Part shown: piece by piece, positions 1 to 9,728 of the stretch
How positions within the stretch are numbered: position 1 is the first letter of the stretch
Layout of the letters: each line of letters begins with the position of its first letter
Sequence record: PV419677.1
Direction: 5' to 3' (one strand)
Source: a phage
Length of the DNA: 64,000 bases
Made by a program: the position numbers and the translations under genes
The notes under the pieces: model-generated
Told to the model about the DNA's origin: nothing
Databases searched by the model: none
The model's input: only the letters and a program-made list of their open reading frames with translations

Positions 1-27
1 AAAAAAGGGACCCGAAGGTCCCCTTTA
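1..27 (-). terminator. rho-independent terminator after gene 32
   Basis: minus-strand hairpin GGGACC-UUCG-GGUCCC followed by U-run directly downstream of the gp32 stop. Confidence 0.55.
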
Positions 28-29
28 TA

Positions 30-941
30 TTAAAGGCCAGCCAGAAGGTCGTCAAGACCATCATCGGAAGGCTCTGGAGCGCTTGGAGCAGTCGCAGTGC
101 GTTCAGACTTAGCAGGTTTGCTGGAAGTGAAGTCTTCCATATCTTTATCGAAATCGTCCAGGTCTGCGCCCAGTTTATCAGCTTGTGCGGCGGCTTTAGA
201 AGCAGCACCACCGAGAGCAGCCGTACCCATTACTTTAGAGAATTTCTTCTGATTCTCTTCAAAGGATTTAAACACCAGCAATTCATTCAGGTCAGACATT
301 TCGTCCCAAAGTTTTTTCTGGAATGCTTCATCATTGATACCAGCGATTTCAGACTGGTTCATGAATTTGGAATCATCGTAGTTTTTATAACCGGAAACCA
401 GTTTAGATTTCAGTACGAAGTTCGCACCTTCAAAAGGACAAGTTACATCAATAGCTGTTTCGCCCATGTCAACATCGACTTCAACCATCTGGTTAATTTT
501 ATCCATGATTTTCTTGCCGAAGCGATATTTGAATACTTGACCTTCGTTAGACGGAACAGCAGGGTCTTTAATGACCAGGATGTTAGCCCAGTAAGAAGTA
601 TTACGCTTCAGTTTACGATATTCGGATTCGTTTGTGTTGTACAGGTCATTCTTATTCATGTACGCACACACAGGACAGCTTTCATAGTCGCCGTGGGTAG
701 AAGTACAGTTTTCAATATACCATTGACCGCCATTTTTAAAGCCGTGGTTAACGAGCTTGATGAACGGAGATGGATTTTCTTCATTCTTGGAAGGCAGGAA
801 ACGAATAACCGCAGAGCCGACGCCATCAGTATCTTTCAGTTTCCATTCTTTTTTATCGTCAGAAGAGAAACCAGAACCACCTTTCAGAGCGTTAAGGGAA
901 GCAGCCAGGTCAGCAGGGTTACGACGTTTAAACATAGACAT
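30..941 (-). CDS. 32: single-stranded DNA-binding protein gp32
   Basis: 303 aa; matches recalled T4 gp32 (301 aa) along its length incl. acidic DDLDDLL C-terminus; synteny with 59/33/dsbA/rnh. Confidence 0.95.
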   Translation of the reverse strand: MSMFKRRNPADLAASLNALKGGSGFSSDDKKEWKLKDTDGVGSAVIRFLPSKNEENPSPFIKLVNHGFKNGGQWYIENCTSTHGDYESCPVCAYMNKNDLYNTNESEYRKLKRNTSYWANILVIKDPAVPSNEGQVFKYRFGKKIMDKINQMVEVDVDMGETAIDVTCPFEGANFVLKSKLVSGYKNYDDSKFMNQSEIAGINDEAFQKKLWDEMSDLNELLVFKSFEENQKKFSKVMGTAALGGAASKAAAQADKLGADLDDFDKDMEDFTSSKPAKSERTATAPSAPEPSDDGLDDLLAGL

Positions 942-999
942 ATGATTTTCCTTAGATTATTTGATTTTTAACAGTTGTTTTGATTACGTATTAATTATA

Positions 1000-1671
1000 T
1001 TACTTTTTATTTAAAGCGCATTTATCACGATGACGTTTTAAATGATTTATAGATGTTTCATATCCACATAAATCACAAATAGCTCTTGGTAATTTTTTAC
1101 CTTTAAACCCTTTGGGATGGATATTATCAGGGTTTGAGTAACGACGCTTAGCAGAATCACTAAGAGTTTTTATCACTTCATTACCTCTGATGTTATTTAT
1201 TTTATCATCTTTTTCATAAAAGCGATTTAGGCCTTCAGAAATTGATTTCTTATGCTCCATACTTTTTGGAACATCTTTTTGTGCTTCCGAAATACATTTA
1301 TTTGTATGTGCGGAATTTTTCATTCCATATCTTGGAGCACGTTCACCAGCACCACCGAATGCACCACGAGCCGTTGCTTTATTAAAGAATAGCGGGGATT
1401 TTGGTATATTATAATGGGCGTGGTACCACTCTTCCTCGTCCAAAACATCTTCGCAGACATCAAGTATTTTGATTGTCGGCTTTTCGAGTTGAATAGCTTC
1501 AAGAAAATCAGGTTGCTCACAGGAGGACCAATATTCTCTTCTTGACGTGTATTTCAAATCAATTATAACACCATTTTCAAAAGCACAATTATGCTTTGAC
1601 CCAATGTAAAAATAAGGAGGCGTTTTATTTTTCAGACGAGTTTCAAATGTAAACCAATACACAACATTCAA
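1000..1671 (-). CDS. GIY-YIG homing endonuclease, SegG-like (free-standing)
   Basis: 223 aa; N-terminal VVYWF...YFYIGSK resembles GIY-x10-YIG; located between 32 and 59 where T4 carries segG. Confidence 0.6.
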   Translation of the reverse strand: MNVVYWFTFETRLKNKTPPYFYIGSKHNCAFENGVIIDLKYTSRREYWSSCEQPDFLEAIQLEKPTIKILDVCEDVLDEEEWYHAHYNIPKSPLFFNKATARGAFGGAGERAPRYGMKNSAHTNKCISEAQKDVPKSMEHKKSISEGLNRFYEKDDKINNIRGNEVIKTLSDSAKRRYSNPDNIHPKGFKGKKLPRAICDLCGYETSINHLKRHRDKCALNKK

Positions 1672-2321
1672 AACTTACACCCTTTAACAGTCTCAATGAA
1701 CAATTTACGGGCTTCAAGAGAATCGATATTTAAGATTTTCTTATAAGCATTTAGTTTAGTTGAATACTTTTCCCAAACCAAGTCGTTAGTCTGTTCATCA
1801 TGTTTATTTATAATGCCTAAAAATGAATCAAGCAAACAAAACGTTTCAAATGAGATAACATTCGATTGGAGAAGTTTGAAAATATAACTTGTGTTTACTT
1901 TAGTATTATACTCGAAAATCTCTTGAAGCGATTTGACTTCGACTTTCTTACTGAAGTAATAGATATTCTTTATATCATCTTCGTATACTTGTTTAATTCT
2001 TTTAAGTCTGCCAATGTATTCTCGATAAAATATCAGAGCATCAGCATCGCTTATATCACCTATCCATGCATCCTGGTTCGCGACCAGGTTTGACATGAAT
2101 ATTAACGTTAATTCTTTGAGAGTGTACTTATCACTAAGCTTTTCGAAAAAATACTTATCGCGACGTTTTTGATAAGCACTATCGGAGATTCGCATGGTCC
2201 AGTTATATTTGATAATATCATAACGACCCGAAAAATGCTGTTTGATGGATAAGTACAGTTGATATACTGATTTACCATTTATGTATCGGTTGTTATTTGG
2301 AGGCATGCGAATCGTAATCAT
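1668..2321 (-). CDS. 59: helicase loader gp59
   Basis: 217 aa, same length as T4 gp59 and matches recalled sequence; stop/start overlap with upstream ORF. Confidence 0.9.
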   Translation of the reverse strand: MITIRMPPNNNRYINGKSVYQLYLSIKQHFSGRYDIIKYNWTMRISDSAYQKRRDKYFFEKLSDKYTLKELTLIFMSNLVANQDAWIGDISDADALIFYREYIGRLKRIKQVYEDDIKNIYYFSKKVEVKSLQEIFEYNTKVNTSYIFKLLQSNVISFETFCLLDSFLGIINKHDEQTNDLVWEKYSTKLNAYKKILNIDSLEARKLFIETVKGCKF

Positions 2322-2611
2322 AACAAAAAGTCCAGCGTATTAGTTTTCTGTGTACGAGACATACTCGGACGAAGCAGGTTATCATCATAGGCTTCGTTCA
2401 TAATCTTATCAATGATTCCCGCAGGAATGTATCGCGCAAAATTACCTTCAGGAATTCCACGTTCTTCCAACCAGGCAGTCGCAGCTTCCAGATAAGACAT
2501 TTCAGTTGACTCAACCATGGCTTCAATATCAAGCCCGTTTTGCTGCTTACTAATCGCCCCGGAAGGCGATTCAGTTTTCTGTGTATCGAAATTAACTAAA
2601 GAGGACATCAT
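2318..2611 (-). CDS. 33: late transcription co-activator gp33
   Basis: C-terminal ...LLRPSMSRTQKTNTLDFLL as in T4 gp33; start trimmed from track ORF to ATG at 2611 preceded by GGAG. Confidence 0.75.
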   Translation of the reverse strand: MMSSLVNFDTQKTESPSGAISKQQNGLDIEAMVESTEMSYLEAATAWLEERGIPEGNFARYIPAGIIDKIMNEAYDDNLLRPSMSRTQKTNTLDFLL

Positions 2612-2861
2612 AGAGCTCCACAGCTTCGGTTTTTTCATCTTCAAAACGTTCACGAGTGCCTTTATGATACAGACCGAGCTGTGTATTGAACATCTTACCG
2701 TCAACGCCTAATTCAGTTTTTGCCTTATCTTTAAGGTCTTTAATTTCGTCTGCATATGCTTCCATTTTTAATTTGGTATCGGAAGCAGCTTTAATCAGCT
2801 TGGCTAGTTCAGCGCCATGAGTATCAGGACAAAATTCAACTTTCACTTTTTTCTCTTTCAT
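2592..2861 (-). CDS. dsbA: dsDNA-binding protein DsbA
   Basis: 89 aa, same length as T4 DsbA; matches recalled sequence; position between rnh and 33. Confidence 0.8.
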   Translation of the reverse strand: MKEKKVKVEFCPDTHGAELAKLIKAASDTKLKMEAYADEIKDLKDKAKTELGVDGKMFNTQLGLYHKGTRERFEDEKTEAVELYDVLFS

Positions 2862-2869
2862 AATATACC

Positions 2870-3814
2870 TTAATAAAATTCAGCAATATTTGCAGTTAGT
2901 TTAGACAGACCAGACTTAACAAAGTAAGGATAAACTTTACTTTTGGCTGGGATAACGTAGTTATTATATCGTTCTAAGATTGAAGCGGATATTTCCGCTG
3001 GGATAAAGTCCATATCAATCAACAATTGGTTTTCACAGAATCTATTATATTGCTCTTCTGTTAAAAGCGTTTTCAAAACGTCATGGTCGTAATAATTGAG
3101 TGCAATTTGTTCAAGCTCAGCAGCGCGGGTCGGTGGGGTGCGTTCACCTTCTTCACGAGTGTAATAAAAATCACCACGAACCTTGATGCTTGACACGTTA
3201 TCTTTTTTGTCACCTTTAACAACCTTTGTCACGCAATCCATAAGAGCATCGCCTGATTTAGTTTTGACATATTTTTTCTGCATCGGTGACCATTGTTTTA
3301 CCCCAGGGAATTTATGCAACTGGGTAAAGTCGCCATCCGAAGAAACAACCATAACCGGATGTCCGAGACCAGTGAGCAATTTCGTTAATACTGCAATATG
3401 GTCGTCAGCCTCAATTTTATCCATATTCATCACGATGTAAGGCATATGTTTTTCCATTTCATCAATGATGATATGCATGGCAGCGTGTAGACCTTCCCAA
3501 TCAAATTGTGACTCTTCACGAGCTTTTGCACGGTTTTTCTTATAATAATAAGATTTCGTGCGTCGCCAATAACCATTCTTCGAATTATCAACACAAATAA
3601 TTGGGACTGTATAACCGAGCTTTTTAAACTGTACAATGTTTTTTCTGATAGAGTTCAGAACCAGATGTCTGGTCATTGCGGTTGTCACCTTAGGGAAGCC
3701 CGCGTCTTTACCGAATTCCTGGAAGGCTGCTGCCATGATGAGCTGACTAAAATCGAGTAACTGAAAACCATCTTTTTGACGGTCTTCTTCAGGGAGTAAA
3801 AAATCTAAATTCAT
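2870..3814 (-). CDS. rnh: RNase H / 5'-3' exonuclease
   Basis: 314 aa; motifs YYKKNRAKAREES, SSDGDFTQLH as in T4 RNase H (305 aa). Confidence 0.9.
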   Translation of the reverse strand: MNLDFLLPEEDRQKDGFQLLDFSQLIMAAAFQEFGKDAGFPKVTTAMTRHLVLNSIRKNIVQFKKLGYTVPIICVDNSKNGYWRRTKSYYYKKNRAKAREESQFDWEGLHAAMHIIIDEMEKHMPYIVMNMDKIEADDHIAVLTKLLTGLGHPVMVVSSDGDFTQLHKFPGVKQWSPMQKKYVKTKSGDALMDCVTKVVKGDKKDNVSSIKVRGDFYYTREEGERTPPTRAAELEQIALNYYDHDVLKTLLTEEQYNRFCENQLLIDMDFIPAEISASILERYNNYVIPAKSKVYPYFVKSGLSKLTANIAEFY

Positions 3815-3871
3815 ATGAACCTCTGTTCAATTAGTTGACTCGATTATATTAGCATAAAATTTTTAAAGCAA

Positions 3872-3879
3872 TATAAATA
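3872..3879 (+). promoter_or_regulatory. late promoter (TATAAATA) for gene 34
   Basis: exact TATAAATA about 30 nt upstream of gp34 ATG. Confidence 0.6.
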
Positions 3880-3909
3880 CACGTATACCAATCAATAAGG
3901 ATAAAGCAC

Positions 3910-6900
3910 ATGGCCGATATTTTAAAACCAGCATTCAGAGCAACATCCGGTCTCGATGCGGCTGGTGAGAAAGTCATTAATGTCGCGAAAGCTGATTTCT
4001 CAGTTTTGTCAGACGGCGTTAACGTAGACTTCTTTATAGAAGAAAACACAATTCAACAATATGATGCAACACGCGGATATAAGAAAGATTTTGCAGTTAT
4101 CTATGATAACCGTATTTGGGTTTCCCAACGTGAAATCGCAGAACCAGCTGGCCCATTTGTTCAGCAATATTGGACCGCAACCCGTACTGACCCGAAATGG
4201 GAAACTGTTGCATCACCAACTCGTCAGCTTAGCTCCGGGGAATTTATCGCAGTCGACTCAGCTGCAAGCTTTACCACATTTACATTGCCTCCGAACCCGA
4301 CTGATGGTGATACCATCGTTATTAAAGATATCGGCGGTAATACCGGTTATAATGAAATTAAAATCCAGTCAAGCAACGTGCCTGGCCAAGGTAACCAAAA
4401 GATTGTTCGCTTTGGTAATCAGTATTCAGAAGTTTTAATTACCAAACCATTCTCTTATAACATGCTTATCTTTTCAAACCGCTTATGGCAATTTTGGGAA
4501 GCAGGTAACGAAGAACGTGGTATCAGAGTAGAACCGTCGACCGGACGTTTCCATGCACAAGCTGGCGACTTTATTATGCGTCGTTATACAACTGGTGCAC
4601 CGATTACTTTCATTCTTCCTAAGTATGCAAACCAGGGTGATATTGTCAAATCTGTTGATATCGATGGCATGGGGCCAACGTTCCACCTGATGGTTGAAAC
4701 CTTTGACACCAGTTCCAGTCTTGGTAAAGCTGGCCAGCATCAAATGGAATTCCGTACCACAGGTGATGGTTTCTTCGTTTATGATGCTGCCGAAAAACTC
4801 TGGCATGTTTGGGACGGTGATTTTAAAACTCGTCTTCGTGTTATTCGCGACAGCGTTAAACTTTTACCAAACGAAAGTGTCATTGTATTTGGCGAAGATA
4901 ACTCAACTCCGGCAACGATTAATATCGATTTACCAACGGATGTTTTGCAAGGCGATATTGTTAAGATTGCGCTGAACTATCTCCGTAAATCGCAGACTGT
5001 TAATATAAGAGCTGCTGTCGGCGATAAGATTGCAACTGACATTAAATTGCTGCAATTCCCTAAACGTTCCGAGTATCCACCAGATACAACTTGGGTGATG
5101 GTTGATTCATTGACCTTTAATGGCAACATCAGTTATACTCCGGTTATTGAATTATCATATGCAGAAGATGCAGTGTCTGGAACAAGTTATTGGGTTGTCG
5201 CTCAGAACGTCCCGACTGTCGAACGAGTTGACTCATTAAATGATTCCACGCGTACACGTCTTGGTGTTATTGCTCTGGCAAACCAGACTCAGGCAAACGT
5301 TGACCATGAAAATAACCCAGAGAAAGAACTCGCAATTACACCTCAGACTTTAGCCAACCGTGTTGCTAAAGAGAACCAACGAGGCATTGCCAGAATCGCA
5401 ACGACTGCCCAAGTAAATCAGAACAGTGATTTTGCATTTGTTGATGATGTAATTATTTCTCCGAAAAAACTCAATGAACGTACGGCAACAGAAACGAGAC
5501 GTGGGCTCGCAGAACTCGCCACACAGCAAGAAACCGATGCGGGTGTAGATGATACCACAATTATAACTCCAAAGAAACTGCAAGCTCGCCAGGGCTCAGA
5601 ATCGCTATCCGGTATTGTAACTTACGTTTCAACGACTGGTGCAACTCCTGCTGCTTCGCGTGAATTAAATGGTACAAACGTTTATAATAAAAATACGGTT
5701 AATCTGGTTGTTTCTCCGAAAGCTCTTGACCAGTACAAAGCTACTTACACCCAGCAAGGCGCGGTTATTCTTGCGGTTGAAAGTGAAGTAATCGCTGGTA
5801 CTTCTCAATCTGGCTGGGCAAACGCAGTCGTTACTCCAGAAATGTTGCATCGCAAAACTGCTCTTGATTCCCGTATCGGTTTAATCGAGATTGCTACTCA
5901 AGTTGAAACAGATGCAGGAACCGATTATACCAGAGCTGTGACTCCTAAAACGTTAAATGACCGTAAAGCATCAGAAACGTTAACCGGCATAGCCGAGATT
6001 GCTACGCAATCAGAATTTGATACTGGAACTGATGATACTCGTATCTCAACTCCATTAAAAATTAAAAATAGATTTAATAATACTGCTCGTACTTCTGTTA
6101 ATGCATTAAGTGGTTTAGTAGAAACAGGGACGCTCTGGGACCATTATAGCCTGAATATTCTTGAAGCAAATGAGACTCAGCGTGGCACAGCAAGATTAGC
6201 AACTCAGGGTGAAGTCAATACTGGCACTGACGATAAAACAATCGTTACTCCGCTTAAATTGATGTCGAAAAAAGCCACTGAAAACGCCGAAGGTATTGTT
6301 CGCATCGCGACAAACGCAGAAGCAACAGCAGGCACATCAAAAGTCTTGGCCATTAGTCCGTCTGCGCTGAAATATATTGCCCAAACGGAAACAACTTGGG
6401 AAGCATCTGAAACACTGCGTGGATTTGTTCGTTTATCTTCCGGTGCAGCTACTTCGGCCGCAACTACAACGACGGGCGCGGGATTTACATATGAAAATGG
6501 TGTGTATACCCCGGACCCAAGTAAACTGGTTAGCTATGCGAAATCTGGATATGCAGTTTCGCCTTACGAATTAAACCGCGTATTGCAAAACTTCTTACCG
6601 ATAAATGCGATGGCTGTTAATGCTGAAAAACTGGATAACCTCGATTCGACCCAGTTTATTCGTCGTGATATTGCTCAGACTGTTGAAGGTGTATTAACCC
6701 TTACTAAGCAGACAAATATCTCTGCTCCGGTTGTATCGACGAGCACTGCGGTGTTTACTGATGTAACGGCTGGTACTTCGACGTTCGGAACTGTGAATGT
6801 TGTTAATGGAACTAACAAGTGGAAAATCACTGCTCCTTCCGCCGGAACAACAATGACTATTGGCGATACGACTAACGTATTGACATTAAACACCGCCTCG

Positions 6901-7866
6901 GGTAATGTTGCTGTATTGAACAACCTCAGCGCCGGAAACGATGTTCAAGCCAAAAATAATTATGTTCTAAATGGTCGTACTATCGCAACTACGACGGGTG
7001 AAGTTTCTGGTGCAACTTTGTCTCTGGGTGATAACTCACAGAATTTAGTGCTCAAAACTCTTGATGCGGGTAATATCATAGCAAATGGTGGTGGTGCATT
7101 TAAAGTTCTGACCGAGAAAAACGCAGTAGAAATTGTTGATAGAAACTTTGTTAACCAGGCTGGTGATACAATGTCTGGTGTACTCCGTGTAAATGCTCCG
7201 GTCCGTGTATTTGGTACAAAACCGAGTCTTATTGCACAAGCTCCGACTGCTGATACTGTTGGTTTCTGGTCTGTCGATATCAATGATGAACCGACTTATA
7301 GTCAGTTCCCTGGCTATTGGACAATGAAGTTAAAACGTCAAGTAAACATTGATACGGTTCAAACTAAACCTGCTGGGGTAACTGATGAAGTTTGGAATGC
7401 TTCTGGTTGGTTAACTGAAAACGGAACTTTTGCCTCGCCCGCTATTCGTTATCGTACTGATGATGGTACACTCGGTGATGAAGTATTAGGTAGCTCCGGG
7501 CAGAAACTGCGTGGAACCTGGTTTGACTATTCAGTTCGTGACAAACAAATTAAATATCCTGGTACATTGACTCAGTTTGGTAATACGCTGGATTCGTGCT
7601 ATCAAGATTGGGTTTGTTATCCAACTGAATTGAACGGTGGTACTATTCGTTATACTCGTACGTGGCAGAAAAATAAATCTGCATGGACGACTTTCGCAAT
7701 GGTTTATACCGCGGATAACCCTCCGTCTGCAGAGGATGTTGGTGCATTACCAGCCGATAACACAACGATGGGGAACTTAACCATTCTTGATTGGTTGCGT
7801 ATCGGTAACGTGCGTATCATCCCAGACCCGACCACTAAATCCGTTAAGTTTGAATGGATTGAATAA
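3910..7866 (+). CDS. 34: long tail fibre proximal subunit gp34
   Basis: 1318 aa (T4 1289 aa); long collinear match to recalled gp34 incl. repeated ...RRGIARIATTAQ... motifs. Confidence 0.95.
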   Translation: MADILKPAFRATSGLDAAGEKVINVAKADFSVLSDGVNVDFFIEENTIQQYDATRGYKKDFAVIYDNRIWVSQREIAEPAGPFVQQYWTATRTDPKWETVASPTRQLSSGEFIAVDSAASFTTFTLPPNPTDGDTIVIKDIGGNTGYNEIKIQSSNVPGQGNQKIVRFGNQYSEVLITKPFSYNMLIFSNRLWQFWEAGNEERGIRVEPSTGRFHAQAGDFIMRRYTTGAPITFILPKYANQGDIVKSVDIDGMGPTFHLMVETFDTSSSLGKAGQHQMEFRTTGDGFFVYDAAEKLWHVWDGDFKTRLRVIRDSVKLLPNESVIVFGEDNSTPATINIDLPTDVLQGDIVKIALNYLRKSQTVNIRAAVGDKIATDIKLLQFPKRSEYPPDTTWVMVDSLTFNGNISYTPVIELSYAEDAVSGTSYWVVAQNVPTVERVDSLNDSTRTRLGVIALANQTQANVDHENNPEKELAITPQTLANRVAKENQRGIARIATTAQVNQNSDFAFVDDVIISPKKLNERTATETRRGLAELATQQETDAGVDDTTIITPKKLQARQGSESLSGIVTYVSTTGATPAASRELNGTNVYNKNTVNLVVSPKALDQYKATYTQQGAVILAVESEVIAGTSQSGWANAVVTPEMLHRKTALDSRIGLIEIATQVETDAGTDYTRAVTPKTLNDRKASETLTGIAEIATQSEFDTGTDDTRISTPLKIKNRFNNTARTSVNALSGLVETGTLWDHYSLNILEANETQRGTARLATQGEVNTGTDDKTIVTPLKLMSKKATENAEGIVRIATNAEATAGTSKVLAISPSALKYIAQTETTWEASETLRGFVRLSSGAATSAATTTTGAGFTYENGVYTPDPSKLVSYAKSGYAVSPYELNRVLQNFLPINAMAVNAEKLDNLDSTQFIRRDIAQTVEGVLTLTKQTNISAPVVSTSTAVFTDVTAGTSTFGTVNVVNGTNKWKITAPSAGTTMTIGDTTNVLTLNTASGNVAVLNNLSAGNDVQAKNNYVLNGRTIATTTGEVSGATLSLGDNSQNLVLKTLDAGNIIANGGGAFKVLTEKNAVEIVDRNFVNQAGDTMSGVLRVNAPVRVFGTKPSLIAQAPTADTVGFWSVDINDEPTYSQFPGYWTMKLKRQVNIDTVQTKPAGVTDEVWNASGWLTENGTFASPAIRYRTDDGTLGDEVLGSSGQKLRGTWFDYSVRDKQIKYPGTLTQFGNTLDSCYQDWVCYPTELNGGTIRYTRTWQKNKSAWTTFAMVYTADNPPSAEDVGALPADNTTMGNLTILDWLRIGNVRIIPDPTTKSVKFEWIE

Positions 7867-7874
7867 GAGGTAAT

Positions 7875-9005
7875 ATGGAAAAATTTATGGCAGAGTTTGG
7901 ACAAGGATACGTCCAAACGCCAGTTATATCAGAAAATAATGCCGTTAAATTTAAAATGAGTATAGCAGGGAGCTGTACTCTTTCCACGGTGAAATCGTAT
8001 ATCAAATTTCAGGATGAACGAATTGGACCAACTACTTTTGGTAATGGTCTGACTCTATTGGAAATTGATACAACTACGAATAAAATTGTTAACACGAAAA
8101 ACTATTCATTAACTAGCACGCATGATGCAATCAGTCAGGCATTAATCACCTTTGTGGAATCTGTTCCAGCCGGAAGATTGATTGCTTTTATTTCTTCAGG
8201 GAAACTAAACGCATCACAGACATTAATTGATTGGTTCCGTAAATGTGGTTCAAGAGCATTCCCGGAGAAATGGCTGATTGATAAAGTTGATACATCGTAC
8301 TCGGCTTTTTACATAACCGGCCGGAATGTAATTGTTTCGGAGCATGTTAAGTATAATGACGGGAAGTTAGTTGAGGATGTTTCGACCCCGCTTGAAGTCA
8401 TTTATGATACCTTTAGTGATATAGGAGCAACAGGCTATCCTGTACGCATAACGGAAGACGAGAGCACGTATTCATCAACAGGTGATGGAACATCAACCAC
8501 AATTAAAAGGTTCCCCACAGAGGACCTGGTGACTCCTATGGATACCTATAACCTTTTACCTTTGGATGTGCTTTACTTGAAGTTTCAGATGTCATTTGAC
8601 GCAGCACTGAAAGCCGCCGGAACTGTAAGGACTTCGGTTCGATTCTTTAAAAGCCCCAGCACTTCACCGATATCAAATACAAACATCGATATTGCAGCAA
8701 ACGTTCCAGCCGGGGCTTGGGCGAGTTTCGAAAGATATGTCGAGATTCCACCAGGAGCTGATGGTTTTACAGTAGTAACATCAAGAACTGTAGCTACTGG
8801 AACAGGGTCAATACGTAATATTGTTATTGGTGAGATAACCAGAGGCGACTCGGCATTCAAACCAGCTGAATTTGGTGTCAATGGCATAAGGATGTCATAT
8901 GCAAACGATGCAACAAATACAGGTAATACAATTGTAACATTCCCGGATGCACAAGCTCCGAGAGCCGGCAAGATATATGCAGCCGAACTACGAGAAAAAC
9001 AATAG
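7875..9005 (+). CDS. 35: long tail fibre hinge connector gp35
   Basis: 376 aa (T4 372 aa); position directly after 34. Confidence 0.85.
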   Translation: MEKFMAEFGQGYVQTPVISENNAVKFKMSIAGSCTLSTVKSYIKFQDERIGPTTFGNGLTLLEIDTTTNKIVNTKNYSLTSTHDAISQALITFVESVPAGRLIAFISSGKLNASQTLIDWFRKCGSRAFPEKWLIDKVDTSYSAFYITGRNVIVSEHVKYNDGKLVEDVSTPLEVIYDTFSDIGATGYPVRITEDESTYSSTGDGTSTTIKRFPTEDLVTPMDTYNLLPLDVLYLKFQMSFDAALKAAGTVRTSVRFFKSPSTSPISNTNIDIAANVPAGAWASFERYVEIPPGADGFTVVTSRTVATGTGSIRNIVIGEITRGDSAFKPAEFGVNGIRMSYANDATNTGNTIVTFPDAQAPRAGKIYAAELREKQ

Positions 9006-9027
9006 GACTCTTCGGAGTCCTTTTTTC
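9005..9027 (+). terminator. rho-independent terminator after gene 35
   Basis: GGACTC-TTCG-GAGTCC hairpin followed by TTTTTT. Confidence 0.6.
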
Positions 9028-9029
9028 GT

Positions 9030-9037
9030 TATAAATA
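9030..9037 (+). promoter_or_regulatory. late promoter (TATAAATA) for genes 36-37
   Basis: TATAAATA about 35 nt upstream of gp36 ATG. Confidence 0.6.
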
Positions 9038-9072
9038 CAAAATATCATATGCCGGTTGAAGAGGACTTATAA

Positions 9073-9720
9073 ATGGCAGATTTAAAACTAGGCTCAACAG
9101 CCGGGGGTTCGGTCCTCTGGCACCAGGGTAATTTCCCATTAACACCAGTCAGTAATGACTTATATTTCAAAACTTATAAAATTTATTCCGAATATAACAA
9201 GCCACAAGCAGTCGATAACGATTTTGTTTCTAAAGCTCTAGGTGGTAATTATAAAGCAAATGTGTATTTCGAACAAGGCCTGGCATTTAACGATTCAAAT
9301 GGTTACGGGATTAAGTTAGGAGCGAGAACAGGCGGTACACCATTTACAGCATCTTTCCGTATTAAAGGACCATTCGGATTTGAGACTGAAACAGGAACAC
9401 CGTTCGTTATTTTTGACCCTGACGCTACGACGGGAGCAAAACGTCTTACTGTTATGGGTGATACGTTAGCTCGACAAATTTATGATGAAACAGGTCGTGT
9501 ATTTTCTCCAGGGAACACTCCATCAAAAGCTCAAGTCGGACTTGGTAATGTAACCAACCAACAACAGGTGGAACTAAATAATAGTACATTACAAACAATG
9601 ACAGGTAACTTGTCAGCACCTAATTTCTTCTCTAGGAACCCAGCATCAGACCCGGCCCATGTGCCTCGTTTTGACCAAATCGTTCTTAAAGACTCCGTAC
9701 AAGATTTTGGATATTATTAA
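9073..9720 (+). CDS. 36: long tail fibre distal connector gp36
   Basis: 215 aa (T4 221 aa); synteny 35-36-37. Confidence 0.85.
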   Translation: MADLKLGSTAGGSVLWHQGNFPLTPVSNDLYFKTYKIYSEYNKPQAVDNDFVSKALGGNYKANVYFEQGLAFNDSNGYGIKLGARTGGTPFTASFRIKGPFGFETETGTPFVIFDPDATTGAKRLTVMGDTLARQIYDETGRVFSPGNTPSKAQVGLGNVTNQQQVELNNSTLQTMTGNLSAPNFFSRNPASDPAHVPRFDQIVLKDSVQDFGYY

Positions 9721-9728
9721 GAGGCATT

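Noticed and set aside
183-971. 262-aa plus-strand ORF antisense to gene 32
   Set aside because: Fully overlaps the well-supported gp32 CDS on the other strand; no Shine-Dalgarno; low-complexity Phe-rich translation typical of antisense frames
4061-7283. Multiple track ORFs (60-125 aa, both strands) inside gene 34
   Set aside because: Embedded in the 1318-aa gp34 frame, which has strong homology support; shadow ORFs
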